Notes under the pieces: model-generated | Told to the model about the DNA's origin: nothing | The model's database searches: none | The model's input: the letters and a program-made list of their open reading frames with translations, nothing else | NCBI GenBank assembly: GCA_030704615.1 | Contig: CM060731.1 | Coordinates: forward strand, 5,766,001 to 5,830,000 | DNA from: Takakia lepidozioides | Lineage: Eukaryota; Plantae; Bryophyta | Direction of reading: 5' to 3' | Length of the DNA: 64,000 bases | Translations under genes and position numbers: made by a program | Part shown: piece by piece, positions 54,508 to 64,000 of the stretch | Layout of the letters: the number at the start of each line of letters is the position of its first letter | Position numbering within the stretch: position 1 is the first letter of the stretch

Positions 54508-55469
54508 TTCCAAGTGTTCCAGTTCCTCTTTTGAGTATCAGTGGAATGGTACTTTATGACGTCCGCGGGGGAATACTCAAAGAGCTTATGGGACAATGGG
54601 ACGCATGACACGAAAGAGAGAGGGGCCCTCCACGAGCAGCCCAACAAAAACAAGAAAGAAAGATTGGCTTTTTGCTTACAATTTCTCGGAGGAGAGATCT
54701 AGAATGCATGCGTGAGAAAGAGAGAGAGAGTGAGATCCACCAGAAAACGACATGCTACAGATACGAGTTTCAGAAAGGCGGGAAATGGTTAGAATCTCGA
54801 CCAGCCGAAAAGAGTGGGAACATCTATGACAAATAGAAGGAGAACTAGCTATCGAAATGTCTAAGAAGAGAAGAGGGATTGAAATTTTGATCAAACGGAA
54901 GACTGTAGCGGGCTTGCAGGGACAACAAAAGCGCGCGGGAAATACTTTCCTCGCCACGCGTGGTGTCAAGAACATCCAAGAGTAAGAAATTCATAAATGC
55001 TGCACCTTCGCTCCGGTACTTATTATACGAACAACAGATCGCATGCATGCACGAAAGCCATCCACTGTACTTACTTGTGTACGCCCTCATCCGTGGTACC
55101 ACATCGAATACCATTCTAGGGCAGGGCCGCGTAGCACATTCTGGCATACTATATTAGGAAGGGATTGAAGTCTCTCTCCGGTGCTGGCTTCTTGAATGTC
55201 TTGAGTCACCCGGCCTGTTTCTTGATCTGTAATGTGGCATTCTTTGAGGTCTGAGCTTCAAGGGTGCTCTCTCTTTATCAGAATTGGGTGATTTGTTCTT
55301 TTCTGAACGACCCAACTGGAGTTACGGGGAGATGATAATGCTTACACCGCGATCAATGTCAAGGTTTTAGCTGAGTCTCGACTAGGAATTGGTGGGGTTT
55401 TCGTCTGCAGTCAGATTATGGGAGCTATGTCGGGTAAGGTTGTTTGATCAGAGACAAGTGTGTGTAAAG

Positions 55470-58400
55470 ATGGAGGATACGGGTGGAGATGGGTGGCCAT
55501 ATGGGGCAGCACACCACCGCGACGCTGCCAAGACTTCAGGTGAAGTTTCCTTTTCTGTCCTTTTTTCTCCCGTATGTGTTCAATGAAGTTCTATGGTTGA
55601 TGTTGACATTGTTTTCCTCATCTCTAGACAGAGCTGTCGCGGATTACCTCATGGCATCTCATGGTTTGGCGAGCACCGTGCGTGCTTGCGTGTTTCTGTC
55701 TGGGTGCATGTAGAAAGTCGATAACTTCGGTGGCTACACTGGCCTTCCTGGCACAAATAAGTAGCCGGTAAGCCCCTGCAATCAGATTGCATCGCTGTGC
55801 GAAACCGCCATGGCTGAGTGTGTCTCTCTTCCGGGTGGGAACCCAGGGCTGCTCCCAAAACTTCTAGTAGCTTGCAGCTAAGAACTTCCTGGAGGGAACG
55901 GTTACCAGTATATTTCTTAGTGCAGCCCAGAACGAACTTTATGGATCTAAGAGTCAGAATGGTAAGCACGTAAGCCAGAATTCAACAATCAGCTGTAGGA
56001 AGATAAGTAATGGCCACAAGTTGAATTGCTGCTGGAAATCATCTTTCTCTCTCGTGGCTCAACCCTCATTCTGTGAACTCCCACAATCAGCTGTAGGAAG
56101 ATAAATAATGGCCACAAGGTCAACTTCTGCTGGAAGCCATCTTTCTTGTGGGTCCTCATTCTATCTGTGAATGTCATTTTCCTGCTTTGCATTACGAGAT
56201 AATTTCACAGCATAAATTGAAATTGGACTATATATTCCAGTTGTATCATTGAAGGTGTTCTTCTATGTGCTTAGTCACCGCTCTCTATGACATCTGGCTG
56301 TGTTCCCTTGGGTGCCTCGTGCAATAGCTAAGGGACCCTCGAGTCAATGAGAGAGACAGATAGATGTGCTTGTTGACAATTCCCTCAGAACCCTTGAGGG
56401 CAAGTCCTCCTCAAACAATCCCATCCTCCCATAGCTAGTTGTGGGGTTTCTAACCATGAGAGCATAACAGACAAAAGAGAGACGAAGAAGAAATGCATTG
56501 CCATCATAGCCGTGGTGCCACAGGCTCCCCATGGTAAATCTGCAACCAGCTTAGTGACAATTTTGGTTGATATGTTATTTCTCACTTGCATCCAACAAAG
56601 TCACGTTGGCAAGGCAGGAAAGAGTGTGGGCAGGAGGAGAAAGTCTTAATTTAAACACCATAGACCACACTTAAGAACAATTGGAGGTGCATAGTAGAAG
56701 ATACCTTTAGACACAAATTCTCCTTCAGGCTAACAACATTGTGTTGCAGTGGGGAGGGTGGCTGGGCATAGGCGGCGGCAGCAAGCTGTCACTGTGGGCA
56801 AAGAAAGGAGGGAATCTGTGGTGCGTGCCAAGCGCCTACGAAGGGTGGAGCCTTCAGAGCATGGTGATGACAGTGGAATGGAGCTTGTTGCTGCAGCTGT
56901 GGGTGATGAAGCTGCATACAAAGCTCTAGAAGACAGCACTGTCAGGGCCGTCCAGCAGCTCAAGAGCTTGTACTTCCTCCATGCTTCTTGTACACCCTGG
57001 ACACACGATGGTTGTTTGGTCCAACTCTTGCCTTCAGCTGTTCACATGTTGAAGTTCTGGGAGCCTCGTGAGATGTAGCTGAGTTGTGTTTGAGCAAACA
57101 GAAGCCCATTAAAAACAACAGAAAAGCATGTGTTGCTGGGTACACACTCGCTCTTTGTACCCTGGCTGTACCGCACCTTGATATCTCTCTACCATTCTAA
57201 TTTGACTGTTTGGCGCTGTGTATGTGTGAAGGGGAAAGGGGGCTTCAGGGAAGAAGATAGAGGCCTTGCGTACTTTGCGGCGGTTGTTGTCATGTTGCAC
57301 CATGCCTCCTATCCATGTGGCGGTCCAGGCTGGTGTGGTCCCTGTGCTGGTGGATTGCCTTTCCTTCGGTTCCTCAGAGGAGCAGGTTAGCACTTACTCT
57401 TATTAAAGAACTCCTGTGCTTTTTGCAGCTACCTGTATTTTTTCCCCTTTGCATTTATATTGCACCACAATCTTTGCATTGAATCTCCTTTTAACGAAAA
57501 ATAACCACAGTGACTGCGAATCATATTCTGCTCTGCTGTAATGTCAAGATTGCTCTTGCCGTTGTCAGCTCAGCATCCCTCGAGTCATGTTTACAATTTA
57601 GTAAGGCATCTGAGATTGGGCTAGGCCAGAGGTGACCCCCAATGACCTTAAGTTGCAATAACTTTCTATTAGAGCAGAGCGCTCGCAAGTTGTAAGGGTC
57701 TGTTTTAAGAAAAGCTCTTTGCTGGGAGATCATAAATGCTCTGTCCTTATCTGCAACTGCTAGATGCAGGGAGGGTCTGAGGCACATAACTTCTCTTTGA
57801 CATCGGTGTAGATTCATTGTTTGAGATATCAGCTTTAATTAAAAGTTCGCTTAAAGCCTATGAAGCACATGTGATTCTATCCCCTGACTTAACATGTTTG
57901 GCTTGAGGCAAGCATGGCAGCTGTTTGAGGCAGCGTGGTGCCTGACCAACATTGCATCGGGGGAGCCTGAACAAACACAGGCTGTGGAGCCTGCTCTTCC
58001 TCTTCTCATTCTTCATCTTGGAGGTGAGCCCTTCTAATCTCTAATTTCTAGCATGCAGCCTGATGGGTAGTATGGTTTTGTTCTTTTCTTTGGTGGAGAC
58101 ATGCTGTCCACAGGGTTCCTAGTAAACCCTGCCATAAGGAAGAAGCTACATATTGACTTGTCAAGCCTCTACATCCTGGTAGTGGAGTCTCTTATGTCTT
58201 TCTTATCAGCATTGCCCATTCCAGGCTGGGCTGGGAACCCCCGCTTAGAAGACTACTTTTGGTCCTCAAATAGTTACTTTTTGGCTGTTGCTATTTCTAG
58301 AGGATGTGTGCTTATTCTTCTTTGCCTGGCTCATTCAATGCTCGTAACTTTGTGTCTGAGAAAGCTCGATGTGAAAGTGGCTGGTGCTGGTGGGTTTTCT

Positions 58401-61400
58401 GAAGACAGAGAAAAGTGCAGCACACGTAGCAGAACAGTGTGCATGGGCACTGGGCAATGTTGCTGGAGAGGGGCAGGAGCTTCGTGACATGCTTCTGAAG
58501 CAAGGAGCTCTGCGGCCTCTAGCATCTCACCTGGCATCCCCCCAGCCTTCTCTGGCACGGATAGCTGCCTGGGCCATCTCAAATCTCATCAAGGTCAGAG
58601 ATGAAGCATGTTCGTAGAAATTAATGTCACATAAAACACAAGGGATGTATATCCCTCATCCTCACTTGAGAGCTGGATGCTGTGAAGTGGATCTTTGAGG
58701 ATGATTCGCCTTCTGCATTCATGTCTCGGTAAAGTGAACTATATCATTTCAGGTTCTTGGCTTTACAAATAAGTCCAAAGCCAACAGGCACCGCTCCCAG
58801 CTTATGCCCTTGTGGGTAGTCCATGCATGCATGACAAGATTGAAGTTGGAAGCTGGGGAAGTAAAGGTTCATTATTTCTGCCTTCCTGAAGATCCTTCGT
58901 GAACATGGTGTGTACAGGGTCCAAGTCCAAAGGCTGCAGGAGATCTGATGAAGCTGGAGGGCATGGCCAACACCCTCGTTCGACTTGTTGGACTAGGGTG
59001 CACTTCCACAACTTGGCGACTTGCATGCAAATCTGTAAAGCATAGAGCCACAGTAACTGTAACTATGATGATGACTTGGGGGTCCCCACCCCAATTTGCT
59101 TGTGTTGTCTTCCTGGTAGTTAAATTTAGTTTTGCTGTCTCTCAAGTCGAGTGGGTTATGCTGAGTGCAGGGATGAAGATTTGGTGGTTGAAGTTGCTTG
59201 GGTGCTGGTATACTTAACATCTATGTCGGATATGCATTCTTCCATTCTCTTGAATGCGGGTCTTCTTCCACCCCTCATTGCTCGCCTCTCTTCTTCAGAT
59301 CAGCTCTCTCTTTTGACTCCGGTACGTATCTTCTTCTGCAAATTTTGACCTTAACTGTTTTGATGTGATTGTTTTTCCTAATGTGCAAATAAGAAATGAA
59401 TAAAGCTTTCAGGGCCTCTGTCCCCTGTTTTACAAGTAAATAAAATTTTAAATGTCAAGGGTAAATTTGATAAAGACTTTAGTTTTTGAAGGCCTTTTGT
59501 ATATTCAACCAACTGTCATAAATGTGTCAGCATCTTACTCATAAAAGGAATCCCCCGAGGTAGATACCCCTTCCAAGTCTCTTGGCAAACTGAGTTTCAA
59601 GCCTCTGGATTGATTTTGATGAAATGTTGCGCCATGTAGAGAAGGGTGGTCAGGAGAAGTTAAAAAGACAGGTGAAGGAAGGTTAATAACCTGCTTCTAC
59701 CCTCCTTGGTCTATATAAACTCAGAGGACGGACAGAGAAATGCATAGGAACCGAGATTGTCATTCATACACACTTACCTTAGCTGTCTAAACGGTCATCT
59801 GTCTCAAGCTCAGAAAGACATCTCTGCTAATTTCAGGAATGGCTGCGATTGTTTCATGAACACCTGCGTGGCAGGTCTTACGGAGTTTAGGCAACATTGT
59901 TGCAGGGGATAACTTGAAGACAGATGCGGTGCTTTTGGCTGGACAAAGCCTCCCAGGTGAGTCTACCTGGAACTGTATGGATTCATTTACTTGTGGCTCC
60001 CACAAAACTTCTGAAATTGGGCCCCAATAGTGCAGCTGCAGTTTTAGGTAGGATTGACGGACAGGCTCTCTTGAAGATCAAGGGTCAAGTGGCTAAGACA
60101 CGAACTTATGGTCACAGATCATAATACACAAAAGGTATGCTAGAACATCATTTTGACATAAATCATAAGGAGTACATTGAATAAGTATAAAGATGTTATC
60201 CACTTCCAGAATTATGGGTTGGCCTGATTCGAGTGTTCCTTTTGCTCACAGGTGGTGTCATTGGTGCTCTCGCACGTTGTTTGGAGAGTGGGCATCGCAC
60301 ATTACAGAAGGTAAATCCAAGAATCTGATATACACATTGGCCTCTCCATGAAACTGTTGTATCATTCTACCTTGAGTGACTGAATCTGAAAACCTTCTGT
60401 ATGTCTTATTTATGAAGGCAGAGATCTTCTGAAACACTGATCTTCTTGAAGATGATTGTGGTCTCGACCCATCAGGGCATGAACTGAGATTGAAGGTAAA
60501 GTAGCAATCGTGCAAAGCTGAAGATAATCTTTTTGTAGGGGGTTGATTGTTCAAGGGCTGCCTTTCATCATACGAGAAAGCAGAACACCTTATTTCCAAG
60601 CATCACACCCACTTGGTTGTATCCACACTTTATTGAGGAAAGGGAGAGAGGTGCATGATTTGGATAAACTCGTAATGCCCTGTAAGTTGGATCATAGCCT
60701 TGTACATTTCTGCTTTGCTTGATGTAGGAGGCGGCCTGGGCAGTTTCCAACATAGCAGCAGGATCAGTGCTGCACAAGCAGACGGTGTTTATGGGGGGTA
60801 CAGTGCCCCCTCTGCTACATTTGTTGGCCACTGCTGCTTTTGATGTGAGAAAGGAGTCGGGCTATGCGTTGGGAAATTTGTGTGTTACTCCACAGGGAAG
60901 GGCAAAGGAGGGGGACCCCATCTTGGATCACTTGGTTGTGCTAGTTGACCATGGTTGCATACCGGGGTTTATAGCGCTAGTCAAATCACCTGATTTGGAG
61001 GCTGCAAGACTTGGTCTCCAATTTTTGGAGCTGGTGAGTCACTCTTCATTTTCTCTGCGGTCTGGTTTGTGCAGTTGTTACTCCCATCCAAATTTACAGT
61101 CCCCCTCTCTCTCAGTGACTTTTGCTCAAGCCTGCGCTTTCTAGCATGATGACTGAGTTTTTGTGCGATTTCAGGTGAGCAACAGACCACATGTTCTTCC
61201 ATTTGTGAATGTGCGTCAAGGAATGAATGACCTAACCTTGGGAGGGCTTGCAGGTAATGAGAGGACTGCCCGACGGGCGGGGCCCCAAATTAGTGGAGAA
61301 AGAAGATGGCATTGCAGCCATGGAGGAACTCCAATTTCGTGAGAATGAAGAACTCCGAACCATGGCCAATGGCCTCATAGACCACTATTTTGGTGAAGAT

Positions 61401-61508
61401 TACGGTCTGGAAGAGGAGTATGGTCCTGGGGTTAAGGAAATTTTGAGGGGTGGAGATGACAGCACAGAGTACCCCCCATGGCGAAGAGGGGGTGCAGTTA
61501 CTGCCTAA
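55470..61508 (+). CDS. Importin subunit alpha, IMPA-9-like, 11 exons
   Basis: ATG 55470; IBB VAGHRRRQQAVTVGKERRESVVRAKRL; ARM motifs EAAWCLTNIASG, EQCAWALGNVAGEG, AAWAISNLIKG, LRSLGNIVAG, EAAWAVSNIAAGS; stop 61508; GT/AG sites phase-compatible. Confidence 0.95.
55985..56171. repeat. ~98-bp tandem duplication in importin intron 1
   Basis: ACAATCAGCTGTAGGAAGATAArTAATGGCCACAAG occurs twice. Confidence 0.85.
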
Positions 61509-62814
61509 GCTGCATGTGTGGAAGATATGCATATTCTAAGATGTTGTCTGGCGTAGCCTTGTGGCCATAGACCTCACGCCCAGTATGGGCAGGACAAAAG
61601 GGAACAGATGCGAGGGGTTCACGCCAGTAGTGGGACTCGCCATGATCTAAACAGTTTGTTCAGGTTTTCCAGATTTCCTGTAGAAAGCAAGCATCATGCC
61701 ATTTGTGAGCCGTCCAACAGTTAGGCCCCAAGAGGGCCAGGGCTTTAGGCTCAGCCTCTAGATTTGAAAGTTAGTGAAGCATGCGCGCAAGAGAGAAAAT
61801 GTCCTGATGAGACATTTTCCGTCTTGTAGCCATAGATCCCGCGCCCAATCTGGGCGGAACAAGAGGGAGCAGAACTACCTTTGGGACGGCCTTACTCCAG
61901 GAGTGGGACTGCCCTTGGTATGAGACAGAGACACAGAGAGAGAGAGAGCTTCCATGAGCAACAAGAGAAATCAAATTGGGTAGGAGGAGTAGGAGTGTGC
62001 ATTGAATGTGAATGGAATAGAACTTTCAGTTTCCTTAGGGCTACATTGCACCTCCACCAGTGATCATAGCCTTCTGTATCAACCTCAGGTCATGTAATGG
62101 TCACAAGGGGGTAGGTTAGAAAGCTCAGAGGTTTGCAGACCCTTCAGAGTAGTGCAGGTCGAGCCGTGGCCTCAAGATGCCCATGGACGGGTGAAGAATA
62201 TTGGGAGTGGGATGGTTTTTTGACTGGTATATATATGTATATATACACCATGCAAGTCAATGGAGTGGGCTTTGGATCCCTACAAAAGGTTGTAACTTGT
62301 CATACAACAGATCAGGATTGAGATTATGTGCGCCCTTCAGAGTATGCTAGCAGAATACAGAGAGTTGAGATTTCAGGGTTTGAGGCAGCTTATTAGCCTA
62401 TTATTAGCCATCTTAGTTCCCCGGCAGGATAAATGTCCCATTAGTACATATTTTTTGAAAGCTCTCATTTTACAATAATTGGGACGGGCGCACACCCGAG
62501 CTGACCAGTGGGCCCCGCGCGCTCTTCTTGTTTGGATGCTGCAATTGTAGGCCTCAACGCTCGTCTTGATTCTATTTAGGCAAGATTCCCTGCATTAATT
62601 CCATGGTCATAGGACCATCCACGGTTATAGGCGGCGCATGTTAATGCTGACGTGGCAGTTGACGGACAGTGCCACGTCATCATTTACCGCCACATCAGCA
62701 TGCTGACATGACGCTCACGCCACGTCAGCGTGTGTGCAAGCTCACGCCACGTCAGCTGGCGTGAGCGTACGCTCGCGCGCTCACGTGCAACGCTCACGCC
62801 ATTGCGTCGTTGCA

Positions 62815-64000
62815 CTTCAGGTGCTATCTATACGGCAACCTCTTCACCCTTGTCACGGATCACCAACCACTCAAGTGGTTGATGGAGTCAGACAAGCTTA
62901 CATGAAAGCTTGCACGGTGGGCACTCATACTCCAGGAATATGACTTTCAGGTGGTACATCGACCTGGTCTAGTCAATCGGGATGCGGATGGGTTGAGTCG
63001 CAATCCATGCACGAGCCAGTAGGATGACACTGGAGCTCGGTGGCATAGTGAGACGGACAAGGAGATGGTGCCTGGATGGCATGCATCTGCATTTCTGTGT
63101 ATCTAGGCAGCGAAAGGCCAAGTTGGACGTGCAACAAGGATGACTGTAGATTGAGTGTCTGAGGACCCTGAGGCCAGCAATGAGCAAGGTGGCGCCAAAG
63201 ATATACATGAGGATTCAGCTGTGTTGGACTACCTCCGCACTGGAGACACGGCAGCCACTGTGACTGCCAAGGAGAGGGATCGGATCCTACAACGAGCCAA
63301 GAGGTTCAAGTGGGAGGGGACACACCTGCTTCGAGTGTGGGAGGATGGTCGAGTGAGGATTGTGCCTCACCCAACACAACGGGCACGGTTAGTGCGGCAT
63401 GCCCAAGAGGAGTTGGGGCATTTTGGGGTGCGACGCACTCATAGTCTATTGCAGGGGCAGTATTGGTGGCGTGGTATGCACACAGAGGTGCAACAATTTG
63501 TGGCTAGGTGCATGGTGTGTGACAGGGTGCGTGCTTCATTCAATGCCCCTACTCCACAATTGCATCCTCTTCCGAACATGGGATTGGGCTACAGGTGGAG
63601 TCTTGACTTTGCAGGGCCGTTGCCATTGACCATGCGCCACAAGAGTACGTGTTGGTGATGGTGGAGCACTTTTCCAAGTGGATCGAGTTGGTTCCATTGC
63701 CTGATAAGGCTAGTGAGGAAGCTGCGTATGCATTCTTGGATTGTGTACTTAGCCGATTCGGTGCTCCAGCTGAGATACTCACGGACCAAGGGAGAGAGTT
63801 CTTGGGGGAGTTTCAGGCGTTGTGTGACAAGGCCTTGGTAGACCACCGCAACACTTCTTGGGATCATCCTGAGGCCGATGGCTTGGCAGAGAGGGTTGTT
63901 CAGACAGTGAAGAGGGGTTTGCGCAAGTATGGCTTGCAGAAGGGACACCTAGGAGATTGGGACCTTCAGTTACCTTGGTTAGCCATGGGCTACAGGTTCA
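62815..64000 (+). mobile_element. Ty3/gypsy pol fragment (RNase H end + integrase), decayed, runs off the window
   Basis: VTDHQPLKWL, ARWALILQEYDF.VVHRPG..NRDADGLSR, GHFGVRRT...CMVC, WSLDFAGP, TDQGREF, GLAERVVQTVKR; stops and frameshifts. Confidence 0.93.

Noticed and set aside
53882-54653. Overlapping alternative-frame and antisense ORFs
   Set aside because: Shadows of the histone-fold exon.

Overview
Eukaryotic nuclear DNA from a land plant, probably a non-seed plant (inferred from a PLS-class PPR relic and the TE types). Five intact intron-containing host genes are present: TH1 thiamine HMP-P kinase/TMP synthase (-), a clade II serine carboxypeptidase-like gene (-), eIF1/SUI1 (-), an NF-YC13/DPB3-type histone-fold gene (-) and importin alpha-9-like (+). 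Between them lie layered mobile elements: a LINE in a TH1 intron; a hAT element splitting a PPR gene (TIRs plus 8-bp TSD); a chromovirus Ty3/gypsy nested in its own family's gag, itself inside a solo LTR (three TSDs readable); an L1 ORF1 relic; and a terminal gypsy pol fragment. The most unusual object is a ~10.4-kb element (~34024-44457) with degenerate inverted ends. It encodes a Mutator-like transposase and, divergently, a spliced gene with a ParB/Srx-like DGNHR domain whose non-coding parts carry arrays of ~24-bp palindromes (core CGTTGACG). A second, diverged relic of the same gene (13753-14472 plus 25197-25800) carries its own palindrome array with symmetric, compensated changes. The large element also holds copies of pieces of importin and eIF1. 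Exon boundaries were read by eye from GT/AG sites and family motifs; no database searches were run.
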